From Halobacillus rhizosphaerae (lineage in GTDB: Bacteria; Bacillota; Bacilli; Bacillales; Halobacillaceae), in the NCBI RefSeq assembly GCF_046719735.1, contig NZ_JAUTWQ010000003.1, positions 30,246 through 94,245 on the forward strand: 64,000 nucleotides of DNA, written 5' to 3'. The translations under genes and the position numbers were made by a program. Under the pieces are notes generated by a model, which worked only from the letters and a program-made list of their open reading frames with translations, was not told the origin of the DNA and searched no databases. Of this stretch, positions 37,008-46,547 are shown piece by piece (the first letter of the stretch is position 1; each line of letters starts with the position of its first letter).

Positions 37008-37752
37008 GTATAAATAGTTCAGCTTTAACAATTTTTTTAACAGTTTCTTTTAACCACTCATTAACCTCTTCATCTACAGCAAAACTATGATATTTCTCTT
37101 TCAAAGGTAAGAAATATGTATCATGATACCAATTCACGTACTTGATAAATTCTTCTTGGGAATATGCACCCTGTTTAAATCCCATCACAAAATCACGATC
37201 TTCATTATGATATGTAATAGCAGATTTAAAATCTTTAAAATCATTAGCCTCAAACCTTACAATGAAATCTAGATTTCTAAATGCGTGTTGCGCTTGCTTG
37301 GTATCATAACCAAATTTGTCTGCAAGATGTTGAGTTCCTTCTGTTGGTTTATTCAGAAGTTGCATCTTTTGTCGAAATGTACCACCACATGCATCAAATA
37401 ATTGTTTTAGATTCATTTTTGCAATTTCATCTTTTTCTTGAATCATCTTTCCAATTTCAAGGAAAGAGTGTGTGGTATCAGTCTCAATTTCTTGATCAAT
37501 TGAGAATAATGGTTCAAGAAAATTGATGTTAGATTTATAAAATAAATGTGGTAACTTACGAATATCATGCACATCTATATCTTCTGTTGTACCTATCGTT
37601 TGTTTTGAAAATACTTCTTTATTATATAGATCATCGAATGTTGGGGCTATAAAAACTTTATAATCCCTATCAGATGTTTCATCATTTAAGTTGTAGTTGT
37701 GACTACCTACTAAAGCTCTGAATAACACAATTCTATCTTCAATTTTTTGCAT
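37003..37752 (-). CDS. pol-beta superfamily nucleotidyltransferase (NTase 2)
   Basis: GSHNYNLNDETSDRDYKVF signature. Paralogous to the ORF at 24933..25520. Confidence 0.45.
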   Translation of the reverse strand: MQKIEDRIVLFRALVGSHNYNLNDETSDRDYKVFIAPTFDDLYNKEVFSKQTIGTTEDIDVHDIRKLPHLFYKSNINFLEPLFSIDQEIETDTTHSFLEIGKMIQEKDEIAKMNLKQLFDACGGTFRQKMQLLNKPTEGTQHLADKFGYDTKQAQHAFRNLDFIVRFEANDFKDFKSAITYHNEDRDFVMGFKQGAYSQEEFIKYVNWYHDTYFLPLKEKYHSFAVDEEVNEWLKETVKKIVKAELFIP

Positions 37753-37761
37753 GGATTCACC

Positions 37762-38343
37762 TTACTTCATGCTTAGAAGGTCACTCTTATATTCTTTAGA
37801 GTTCACCAATAGCATTGTATATTTTTTCAAGTTATGTCCTGTTTGGAGAGAACATTTTTTAAGATTGTTAATTTCATCTTTTGCAAAATCTCTCTGATCT
37901 TTCAAGAACTTCAATTGTTCTTCTGCATGACGAATTTCATCTTCAATGATAGATGCTTTCATTTCTTTTTCTTCTAGCTGTTCTAGGATTTTGAAATCTG
38001 CTTCATCTTTTTCAAGAGTTAGTTTCTCAATCTCTTTTAATAATTCTCTTCGAACAGTAGCATTTAGTTCATCTGGATAACCCAAATCAACTTTGTATGT
38101 AGTAATAAATGCATCATCTGTTGTATTATTTACAAAAACAATATCATCTTTTATGTAGTAGTTTCTTGTAACATTATCACCAATAGCACCCTTGTAAATG
38201 AATTGTGCATATTCAAAGGTAGTGTTGGCATGTTCATGAATTTGATCCTTGTTCTTAGTTATGTATGCATTGATTTCTTTTCTATCTACTTCTAAAACTC
38301 GCTCTGCCCATCTCTCTAAAAAGTGTTTTGTGCAATTTTTCAT
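37762..38343 (-). CDS. hypothetical coiled-coil protein
   Basis: 193 aa. Confidence 0.3.
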   Translation of the reverse strand: MKNCTKHFLERWAERVLEVDRKEINAYITKNKDQIHEHANTTFEYAQFIYKGAIGDNVTRNYYIKDDIVFVNNTTDDAFITTYKVDLGYPDELNATVRRELLKEIEKLTLEKDEADFKILEQLEEKEMKASIIEDEIRHAEEQLKFLKDQRDFAKDEINNLKKCSLQTGHNLKKYTMLLVNSKEYKSDLLSMK

Positions 38344-38373
38344 GTTATTATCTCCTTTATGTTTGTTATTGTC

Positions 38374-38817
38374 TTATAGAATTACAATTAATACAATCAA
38401 CATGTAGATGAAGTATGAAATCCATATGGTAGGATTCAAATAGGCACGATACTTCCTTTTATAAACCCTTTTTCTAACTTTCATTATGTCTTCTTTGCTC
38501 TCTATTTTGTTAGTCTTTTTAATAAATGTTTTCAGTAGAGATATAATCATCAATACTAACAACACAATAGATGGATATAAAAATGGGTCAACCAATACTG
38601 CAAAACTTACATAAACTAATTGCCCAATAAATAATGGAATTAATATTAAAGTTTTAAGTGAGTTTATTAACAAATCTGTAGGTGGTTCTGATACATACCC
38701 TTGTTCAAAATCCTTAATTTCATGCTCTACAATTTTTATCAGATTTTCTTGTAAAGACTTAATTTTTGTTATTAGAATTACATTAAAAACTAAAAATATT
38801 ATTGTCCAAAATACCAT
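38374..38817 (-). CDS. hypothetical membrane protein
   Basis: 147 aa with 3-4 TM helices. Confidence 0.3.
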   Translation of the reverse strand: MVFWTIIFLVFNVILITKIKSLQENLIKIVEHEIKDFEQGYVSEPPTDLLINSLKTLILIPLFIGQLVYVSFAVLVDPFLYPSIVLLVLMIISLLKTFIKKTNKIESKEDIMKVRKRVYKRKYRAYLNPTIWISYFIYMLIVLIVIL

Positions 38818-38846
38818 TTAAATCTCTCCTTGTATGTTTTGAATAA

Positions 38847-39218
38847 TTATCTAATTATTTTTTGCGCTTGTGCATTGCCGGAAATATCGTCACAGTTAAT
38901 ATTTCTTTCTGCTTTAACATCTCCATCAATATCATCACAGTTCACGTTATTACCTGCTGTTACATTGCCATTAATGTCATCACAATTAACATTGTTTTTG
39001 GCTTCAACATTTCCAGTGACGTTTCCTTTAATATAGATTGATTCTTCACTCATAATGCTATCTACATTGCAAATCACAGTAATTTCGGTCTTTTTATTAT
39101 CAAGATCATCAACAGCTACACCATCTACAAATACAGTATCATTTGTTATAGAAATATTGTTACCAATGTATGTCTTATTGTTAATGCTTACCTGTCCTTT
39201 GTTTCCGAAAAATTTCAA
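38847..39218 (-). CDS. protein with three 15-aa tandem repeats (NVNCDDIxGNVxAxN; beta-helix/bactofilin-like)
   Basis: 45-bp DNA tandem repeats at ~38880-39015. Confidence 0.4.
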   Translation of the reverse strand: MKFFGNKGQVSINNKTYIGNNISITNDTVFVDGVAVDDLDNKKTEITVICNVDSIMSEESIYIKGNVTGNVEAKNNVNCDDINGNVTAGNNVNCDDIDGDVKAERNINCDDISGNAQAQKIIR

Positions 39219-39457
39219 TATGTATTTCTCCTTTGATAAAAGTACACTTTTATTTAATCGAATAGTGAAAAGATTATGTCTAGAATTTCAAGTAACACTT
39301 CAATTGGCAACCAAAGAAACTCAAGAAATTTATTACGCTTCTTTTTTCGTTTACTTGCCATTCCAGAATAGACCTTGTGCAAATTGTTTTAAAGATTTTG
39401 CGATTTGTGAAGCAGTCTTACTAGTGGTTTTACCAATAGATTTTGCAGTGTTTTTCA

Positions 39458-40024
39458 TTATTTTTCTCCTTTACCAAACAATTTTTTCATAAAGTTTGTT
39501 TTTTCTTCTTTTATTGCATCTTGGATTTTTGAATAATCTTCTATTTCTTTCTTGATCTCTTCTTCAAGTTCTTCAATCTCTTTTATCATCTCTGATATCA
39601 ATTCTTCTTTTGTCTTTTCATCTTTTGTTAAATCTTGTTCCAAATCGCCAAATATGATATCAGTTCGATACTCCATTAGGTTTCTATCAACATCAAAATG
39701 TCTATTTGTTATATGCCCTTTAAAACCACATACTGTAATGTTGTCTCCTTCTTCTGGAACATGGTCGTGGTCTTCTTCTTTGATAATTAGCCAATCTGTT
39801 AGACACCAATGAAAACAAACTAATTCATTAATTTGATCAACCATGTCAAACTTCTTATACGATTCTAGGTTTTTTAATACATCTGAAAGTTTATCTTTTA
39901 CTGTTCCGGGGAAATCAAAATCTTTTCTTAAAGAATCTCTAATAAATGATTTAAAATTTTTCAGAGTATATGTATCAACATAAAGCTCTTGATAGTTCTT
40001 TCTGCCGTAATAGATACTTTTCAT
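39458..40024 (-). CDS. hypothetical acidic coiled-coil protein
   Basis: 188 aa. Confidence 0.3.
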   Translation of the reverse strand: MKSIYYGRKNYQELYVDTYTLKNFKSFIRDSLRKDFDFPGTVKDKLSDVLKNLESYKKFDMVDQINELVCFHWCLTDWLIIKEEDHDHVPEEGDNITVCGFKGHITNRHFDVDRNLMEYRTDIIFGDLEQDLTKDEKTKEELISEMIKEIEELEEEIKKEIEDYSKIQDAIKEEKTNFMKKLFGKGEK

Positions 40025-40203
40025 TAGTTTTCACCTTTGATTTCATCATTTAATTGTTTTACCAATTTTCTCGCAACCTCTGGATGACAAGGAAATTCAA
40101 ATTTGTTACCTCTTGAAATCAGAATGATCATAGCTGAATTTCCTTCACATTCGTAAGAAATCTTTGAATCTGGGAAAAGAGTTAATACTGTTTTTACACC
40201 CAT
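40025..40203 (-). CDS. small 59-aa ORF (MGVKTVLTLFPDSKISYECEG...)
   Basis: Below the track threshold. Fills the gap directly downstream of the promoter element at 40241-40262. Confidence 0.3.
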
Positions 40204-40233
40204 TCTGTAACCACCTTTATCTGGATTAATTAC

Positions 40234-40262
40234 AGTATATGATTATTTGTTGTATTTGTCAA
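40234..40262 (-). promoter_or_regulatory. SPBRE-like promoter TTGACA-N17-TATACT
   Basis: Minus strand reads TTGACAAATACAACAAATAATCATATACT. Confidence 0.6.
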
Positions 40263-40265
40263 TGC

Positions 40266-40772
40266 TTATTTTTCCCCTTCTGAAAATTTGGGCAACCAAT
40301 GTGGTAATCCATCCTCATCCCATATTGCAGTCCAAGTTCTACGCTCATCGTCTTCTGGTGGTACAAGAATTTTCTTACCTTCGATTACTTCACGTAGTTC
40401 CCAACCATGATCTCGAATGGCAAGAAATGCATCTGCAAGTTTACTATTTATAGAAGGTTTACTTTCTGGTACTTTTATAAATGATCCACAATCAAGGCAT
40501 TTTCGTTTTGGTGGGCTTGATAAATATAATTCATCAGATAGTCTAGAGTGTTTACATTCTTTTGAAATTTCTTCTTTGACGAATATAAACTCCTTTTCAT
40601 TAAGTACAGAGTGCAACTTCCAACCTCTTTCTTCTAAATTATTAAACATAGAAGTAAGTGTATGGTTGTAACTAAAGTTTAATGGCACAGACGTTTCGCA
40701 TATAAATTTCCAATCAATATCGACTTTTCTTAATTTCTCTCCTTTTAATAAACCATATTCCAAAGTATTCAC
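40266..40772 (-). CDS. hypothetical protein with PPKRKCLDCG zinc-ribbon motif
   Basis: Shares the motif S-x-PPKRKCLDCG-x-F with the ORF at 47471..47770. Confidence 0.35.
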   Translation of the reverse strand: MNTLEYGLLKGEKLRKVDIDWKFICETSVPLNFSYNHTLTSMFNNLEERGWKLHSVLNEKEFIFVKEEISKECKHSRLSDELYLSSPPKRKCLDCGSFIKVPESKPSINSKLADAFLAIRDHGWELREVIEGKKILVPPEDDERRTWTAIWDEDGLPHWLPKFSEGEK

Positions 40773-40792
40773 TCCTTTATAAAATGAAAGTT

Positions 40793-40987
40793 TTATACAT
40801 TGTAAAGATTGATACCCAATTCAAAACTTTCTTCTGCAAATTCACCTTTATTGTAAATCCCTATGTATGTTCCATCTGTGAAAAAAATAAGAATGCATCC
40901 ATTTTCCTTTTCGGTCACTTTTTTAATAGTCTTTCCAATTAATTCTTTAAAATTATCAATATCCGACTTAGTTTTCATGTTTGTCAA
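40793..40987 (-). CDS. hypothetical protein
   Basis: 64 aa. Confidence 0.25.
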   Translation of the reverse strand: MTNMKTKSDIDNFKELIGKTIKKVTEKENGCILIFFTDGTYIGIYNKGEFAEESFELGINLYNV

Positions 40988-41283
40988 CCCATCCCTTCAA
41001 AAAATCCTGCAATTAAAAGAATAATAAGTATAGGCAACCAAAACACTGACGTTATAATCCGATCTGACAGTGGTACGTCATGATGATATGGGACAGTGAA
41101 ATAAACAATTACACCTATAAATATATAGATAGCAATTATTAAACCAATCATGGTCTAATTCCTTCTGCTAAATACATGAGTGTAATACCAATTCCTTCTA
41201 AACGAATTTTCATAAATCCAAGTGCTATCCAAACAATTGTTTGTGCAATTCCATTCATTATGTATTTCTTCATATTAATCTCC

Positions 41284-41580
41284 CTAAGTATGTTTAATTT
41301 TAGTTAATTCAATTTCAACCTTGTCAATTCCAACATAAACACCCTTTATAGGTTCACCATAGCCATTCAAAAATTCTGGTGCATTTCTCTCATCATTGTA
41401 TATGGTAGAAATTTTATAACTTAGAGTATCCTCGCTAATAATTGTTTTTTTAAGTTCTTCTAGGAATGGTGTAATATATTCGATTCTTTCCTCTTCTGTC
41501 ATTTCATCCCATTGGTTTCTATATGCCATCTTCACATTCATCCTTTTTAAAATATTCTTCGTAGTCTGAAATAGTAGCAT
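41284..41580 (-). CDS. hypothetical protein
   Basis: 98 aa. Confidence 0.25.
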   Translation of the reverse strand: MLLFQTTKNILKRMNVKMAYRNQWDEMTEEERIEYITPFLEELKKTIISEDTLSYKISTIYNDERNAPEFLNGYGEPIKGVYVGIDKVEIELTKIKHT

Positions 41581-41767
41581 TGTTTTGATTGATTTTTAAT
41601 TCATCATCCCACTCAAATTCTTTTGATTCTTTTAAAGTAGCAATTTCAAACCCAACCCATAATTCATAACCCAAATTTTCCAAAGCATGTTTTATATTTT
41701 CAATATCAAGATCATCATTGGCATCTATCAAATAAATTCCTGCTTTATAAACTTTTGCCATTCTCAA
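41519..41767 (-). CDS. hypothetical protein
   Basis: 82 aa. Confidence 0.25.
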   Translation of the reverse strand: MRMAKVYKAGIYLIDANDDLDIENIKHALENLGYELWVGFEIATLKESKEFEWDDELKINQNNATISDYEEYFKKDECEDGI

Positions 41768-42096
41768 TCCTCCACTTCTATTCCCCAGAATCCAAAACCA
41801 TGAGGATCACTTGCATCATATTGGTATTCTGTTGGAATTAGATTTTTGGTAATGCACATGCAGTGTCTACAAGCTTTACCTTCCCAATCAAAACCACTAC
41901 CATAGTCAGAGTAGATCACCACATCTTCGTCTTTTTCACAGGTGCATTCTCTCCATTCATGGTTTCTCCAATTTTCAGACATTTCCTTATTTGTCTTGTA
42001 AAGGGCAGGAATACACACATCAGAAGTTCCATCATACTCATAGTGCATTACAAGATTATCTTTTTTAAATGTTACTGTTCCACTAGCATGACTCAT
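41764..42096 (-). CDS. hypothetical Cys-rich protein
   Basis: 110 aa with multiple Cys/His. Confidence 0.25.
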   Translation of the reverse strand: MSHASGTVTFKKDNLVMHYEYDGTSDVCIPALYKTNKEMSENWRNHEWRECTCEKDEDVVIYSDYGSGFDWEGKACRHCMCITKNLIPTEYQYDASDPHGFGFWGIEVED

Positions 42097-42125
42097 TTAA
42101 ATACCTCCTGCATAAAAGGATAATT

Positions 42126-42464
42126 TTATTCATAAAAATTACGATCTATATATCCATAACCAATAAATGTACGTTTGAAGTTATCACCATTTAAGTATTC
42201 ATCTGCATTACTAAATTCATATAGCCTTTGTCTATTTTTCATGTAGATTGTTTTCTCTATAGAGAAGCCATATGATTGCATGAGTTTGTAGCCAGAATAT
42301 ATTTTATAGGAGTCAATTGGAATCCAGTAACCTTCTTCACTTCTGACTACAATTTTAATACCCTTCTTAGATACTCTTGAGAAATAAAACTCTCCTTCTA
42401 AGAAAGTAGCATTTTTATTTAGTACAATATTTTTCTTGGCTTTTAAGATTCTGACTTCGATCAT
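42126..42464 (-). CDS. hypothetical protein
   Basis: 112 aa. Confidence 0.25.
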   Translation of the reverse strand: MIEVRILKAKKNIVLNKNATFLEGEFYFSRVSKKGIKIVVRSEEGYWIPIDSYKIYSGYKLMQSYGFSIEKTIYMKNRQRLYEFSNADEYLNGDNFKRTFIGYGYIDRNFYE

Positions 42465-42514
42465 CTATTTCACCCCTTTAGATTCCTCTGTTGACCTTTC
42501 ATTTCTCTACCACT

Positions 42515-42745
42515 TTAAAGTAATTGATTTTCGTTTGACTGCCAAACACTAATATGAAAACCATCAACCATATTAAGTTTTTTAGTTCTAATTGTGCCAT
42601 TTTCAAAATATGAGAAGTCATTCATTTCCTTTACTTTATTAATTGCTTCCTGTCTCGTTTCAGCTACAACTAATTCAGTTTTCGCATTATAATCTCCATA
42701 TTCTGCACCATTATCTAAGTCTATTCTAAATAGAAACACTAACAA
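42515..42745 (-). CDS. hypothetical protein
   Basis: 76 aa. Confidence 0.25.
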   Translation of the reverse strand: MLVFLFRIDLDNGAEYGDYNAKTELVVAETRQEAINKVKEMNDFSYFENGTIRTKKLNMVDGFHISVWQSNENQLL

Positions 42746-42962
42746 ATTCCTCCTTGGTTAAAATAAGAGTTTTATCAATCTTCTTTTAGATTTTCAACAG
42801 CTTGATTAATGATTTTATGTATTTCCACAAACTTATCTCTATCTGTTCTACTGTCATCTTTTACCACATGCTTAATGTAAACCATTGCATGTGCATGTAC
42901 TGTATCAATCTTGGCATTTCTGAAAACTTTATTATAGTTGTTTTCCATTTTGATATCTCCTT

Positions 42963-43598
42963 TTATTCATCATCTTTACTAGCAATGGCATCCTCAATAC
43001 AAACCATTAGAATTGCATCATATAAAGGAATGTTACTTGTATCTTTCACTTCCAAATCATAAGAATTTGTTAGTGCAAAATTCTTGCTAACCTTGTAATC
43101 AACATTTCCCTTATTGTCCATGAAATTATTTTTCTTCATTACAGAGAAATTAATTTGGTCACTTACTCCGATCTGTTTCTGATTCTTGTCAAAGAAATGA
43201 AAGTAGTAACCGATTGAAGTAAATTTAGTGGCAGTCTTTTCACCTATGAATCCTAATGTCTTACCTTTTTTATCTTGAATAACTGCTGACCTGCTCAATC
43301 TACCAAATCTTTTGATCTCTTGCTCTTGAATGATTATGTTGCCATCAGTATCTTTCATGGTAAATTTATCACCAAACATTTTAATTAGCTCACCTTCGAC
43401 TGTGGCAACTTTTTTACCATCCACTTCAATAACATATTCTTTAGATAGAGAAAATGGTTGTTCATTTACAGTGATTGTCTTGGCATTGTTTAAAGTTTCT
43501 AGAGACTCTTCTACACTAGGTTTATCCTGTGGTGTTGGAGTAGTGCAACCTGCAAGCAGAAGGACAGACATTAACAATAAAGTAATTATTTGTTTCAC
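42963..43598 (-). CDS. putative lipoprotein
   Basis: Signal peptide with lipobox LLAGC. Confidence 0.5.
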   Translation of the reverse strand: MKQIITLLLMSVLLLAGCTTPTPQDKPSVEESLETLNNAKTITVNEQPFSLSKEYVIEVDGKKVATVEGELIKMFGDKFTMKDTDGNIIIQEQEIKRFGRLSRSAVIQDKKGKTLGFIGEKTATKFTSIGYYFHFFDKNQKQIGVSDQINFSVMKKNNFMDNKGNVDYKVSKNFALTNSYDLEVKDTSNIPLYDAILMVCIEDAIASKDDE

Positions 43599-43601
43599 TT
43601 G

Positions 43602-43877
43602 TTATACATCTTCCTTTCTTCTTAATTCATGAAACCGTTTTAAGATGAATTGTGGATATTGTGATTCGTCAACAGATTTTTCAAGCAAATCAAACATTTT
43701 TCTTTCGTGTTCTAGATGTAGTTCAAGCATTTTGCTTTCACCTTGAAGTCTAATTATTTCCGTTCTCATTTGTCCAAATATACTACCAAGTTCTAACATT
43801 GAATCATATTCTAAATTTAATACTTCACCAACATGTGATACTTGTTTCCAGAGTTTATCAAGTTCTTCTTTATTCAT
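43602..43877 (-). CDS. hypothetical protein
   Basis: 91 aa. Confidence 0.25.
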   Translation of the reverse strand: MNKEELDKLWKQVSHVGEVLNLEYDSMLELGSIFGQMRTEIIRLQGESKMLELHLEHERKMFDLLEKSVDESQYPQFILKRFHELRRKEDV

Positions 43878-44199
43878 TATTCATCATGCCCTTCAACCAT
43901 ATATTCACCACATCTACGGCACTTAGGTACATAAGTCAAAGGCTGTGTGATTAATGGTATATATTTTTTATTACACTCTTCGCAAACATAAGTTTTTGCA
44001 ATTAGAAAACCACTTCCAAACCACATTTATGTTTCACCTCCATCAGTCAAAATAATCTCTCATAATCCAACCAAGATATGTGTAATAACCAATGAAACCC
44101 AAACTACTTGCACCGATAATTCCTCCGACAGTCCAAATTAACCACATAGGAATGAAAATTGTCATTTAATCACCTCACATGTATAAAAGAGAAGTTTTA

Positions 44200-44415
44200 T
44201 CAATTCATGTCTTCATTGCAAATCTCACATACACAATAAGAATCCCATTGAGTACCTTCACTTTTTCTTGCAGAAGTACCATCATCAAAAGTGTGAGTGC
44301 ATTTTTCCAATAACTCATTTAGTTCCATATTTTGCTTCATTTCAAGTAGCTGTGCTTCATGTTTATGATTTAGTTTCATGATCTCAATATCATGTGCTAG
44401 TTTACTGTATTTCAT
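44200..44415 (-). CDS. hypothetical protein
   Basis: 71 aa. C-terminal Cys cluster. Confidence 0.25.
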   Translation of the reverse strand: MKYSKLAHDIEIMKLNHKHEAQLLEMKQNMELNELLEKCTHTFDDGTSARKSEGTQWDSYCVCEICNEDMN

Positions 44416-44634
44416 TTATTTCACCTCTTCTAAAGGGTACATTGCCATAATTTCACGATAGCCCACTAGTAACATTTGTTCACTTTCTTCATTCCAAAAG
44501 GCACTCAAACCACTTGGGTTAAAGTTTTCACATTTACCTACAAACTGACGATTTTTTCCACCGACATACTCTTCATAGAATACCAAGTAATTACCATTGC
44601 CAATATAATTAAGATTTTCTCTCATAGTGTTCAC
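44416..44634 (-). CDS. hypothetical protein
   Basis: 72 aa. Confidence 0.25.
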   Translation of the reverse strand: MNTMRENLNYIGNGNYLVFYEEYVGGKNRQFVGKCENFNPSGLSAFWNEESEQMLLVGYREIMAMYPLEEVK

Positions 44635-44840
44635 CTCAATGTATAAAAAGTTTTATTCATTATTACATCTTTTCTCAATTTCCTCATACTGAATACTTTT
44701 AACTAATTCAACAATCATACTAACTATATCTTTTTGTACAGGTGTTTTAGGTAGAATTGTTTCTGCTAATTTTTTAATATTTCGAAGGTCTTCTAATTGT
44801 TTTTCGTTCATGTCATCACCTCACATGTATAAAAAAAGTT

Positions 44841-45221
44841 TTATTCATAATCTCTAAGAAAATCATTCAACCTTGTTTTATATGTATTACTTTCTGAAAT
44901 AAATTCTGCTAAAATCATATAGGCTTCTTTTTCCTTTTCTTCTTCCCAATCATCAGAATGTACAACTGCAAAACCATTGTCATTATCATAATGATTATAT
45001 ACAACCGACATTGCACTATCTGATTCAAAGTTTCCAAGAGATTTTTGTTTCTCCCATTCATTAAATCTTTCTTTTGATAGATAGCCTTTCCCTAGACACC
45101 AAAACATGTAACTAGGAATAGTTAAATTGCTTTCAAAATAATCAAGGAAATCTTCTCCCATTTCCATTTGCCAATTTATTATAACTTTATAGATGTCATC
45201 TTTATTCAATTGGTTAAACAT
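44841..45221 (-). CDS. hypothetical protein
   Basis: 126 aa. Confidence 0.25.
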   Translation of the reverse strand: MFNQLNKDDIYKVIINWQMEMGEDFLDYFESNLTIPSYMFWCLGKGYLSKERFNEWEKQKSLGNFESDSAMSVVYNHYDNDNGFAVVHSDDWEEEKEKEAYMILAEFISESNTYKTRLNDFLRDYE

Positions 45222-45550
45222 CTTTTCACCTCACTATGTATAAAAGGAAAGTTTTATCCGTTGTTGATTTCTTTAATTACTTCTAATGCTTTTTCTGTAA
45301 TATCAACTTTAATCACAGTACCTTCATCTTCAACTTCAAGAATAACTGCATCCATCTCTGTATAAATTTTAACTTTAGGATTTACTAACATCATTTTACC
45401 TCCTTTGTAAAAAGTCGCATTTTAATTTATCTGTTCAATATATCTTCTATTTCCTTCTTAATTTTCAATCTTCTCAATAGGTCATCTGTTTCTTTTTTAA
45501 AAGGGTGAGTTATATTTGTAGCCACACATGGTCGTTTGTTAGGGTTCTTT

Positions 45551-45817
45551 TTAATACGTGCCATTTACTTTTCCAACTTCTTCAATTATTTCATTAACTG
45601 TCAAATGGAAAGGCTCTTTCATATTTTTACCTAGAAACATATGATGCCAAGCATCATTAATGTCATTTACTTGCTTTGAGGTTAATTCAGACTTGATTTC
45701 TTTCCATAATGTATGTGCTTTTTGTTGAGTATATATGCAACAAGCCTTGCTTCTAAACTGTATTAATTTCTTAATCAGATGCTCTTTCTCCACTTGTTTC
45801 ACCTCATAAAATATCAA
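45551..45817 (-). CDS. hypothetical protein
   Basis: 88 aa. Confidence 0.25.
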   Translation of the reverse strand: MIFYEVKQVEKEHLIKKLIQFRSKACCIYTQQKAHTLWKEIKSELTSKQVNDINDAWHHMFLGKNMKEPFHLTVNEIIEEVGKVNGTY

Positions 45818-45999
45818 TCGCTAGTAATTGTAAAACTGTTATCATCTTCATCAATAGTTATAACGATCTCTCTCACTGGTGCATTTTCACAATCGCTAAA
45901 CTCTTGCATATCAGTTGCCAGTTCCTTAATTACTTTCATTAACTCATTAACTGTTTTTGCTCCCTGTTGCATACTCATATTTTCCACCTCTAAATTTAT

Positions 46000-46245
46000 T
46001 TAGTCCTTGATACATTCACAATTTCCTAGAGAGTACATCATTTTTTTATGGTTATTTGAAAATTTACCATGTGTCCATGAAACTTCATGTTTGCCACAAT
46101 CTTCGCAATAGGAAATTTTAACTGAACAATTTTCATGGATTTCTTTTGTTTTATATGTGCAACCAGAGACTACATTATTACAATCACCAGTTTTTATCCA
46201 ACGTAAAAGTGTTCTCTTCAAGCCAATTAAATGACAGGGAATCAT
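46000..46245 (-). CDS. hypothetical Cys-rich zinc-finger-like protein
   Basis: 81 aa with C-x-x-C pairs. Confidence 0.25.
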   Translation of the reverse strand: MIPCHLIGLKRTLLRWIKTGDCNNVVSGCTYKTKEIHENCSVKISYCEDCGKHEVSWTHGKFSNNHKKMMYSLGNCECIKD

Positions 46246-46285
46246 AATTTCATCCTCTCTATATTGGTTAAAAGTCGCATTTTAT

Positions 46286-46516
46286 TCATTTAACCATTTC
46301 ATTTAGTTGCTCTGGTGTAAATTTTCTTCCTGTTCGCTTATAGATTGAAAGACTTCCAAACTTATCAAAACATGCCTGTTCTTCTATCACCTCATAGAAA
46401 ATATTATTTTCAAATTCCAGTAATAAATTGAAAACTTGTATAACATCATTGTTTAAAAGTCTATATGCTCTTACATGTCCTTTTGGTGGCTCTGAGTTTT
46501 CTATCCGTTTTATCAT
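46286..46516 (-). CDS. hypothetical protein
   Basis: 76 aa. Confidence 0.25.
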   Translation of the reverse strand: MIKRIENSEPPKGHVRAYRLLNNDVIQVFNLLLEFENNIFYEVIEEQACFDKFGSLSIYKRTGRKFTPEQLNEMVK

Positions 46517-46547
46517 TCTATCGCCTCTTTATAAAATAGAAGTTTTA

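Noticed and set aside
28538-37526. Plus-strand and internal ORFs within nrdE, topoisomerase A/B and NTase genes (28538..28813, 28949..29146, 29398..29613, 30720..30956, 31611..31996, 33783..34214, 35731..36066, 36530..36829, 37281..37526)
   Set aside because: Embedded in or antisense to long conserved frames. AT-rich DNA yields such ORFs by chance.
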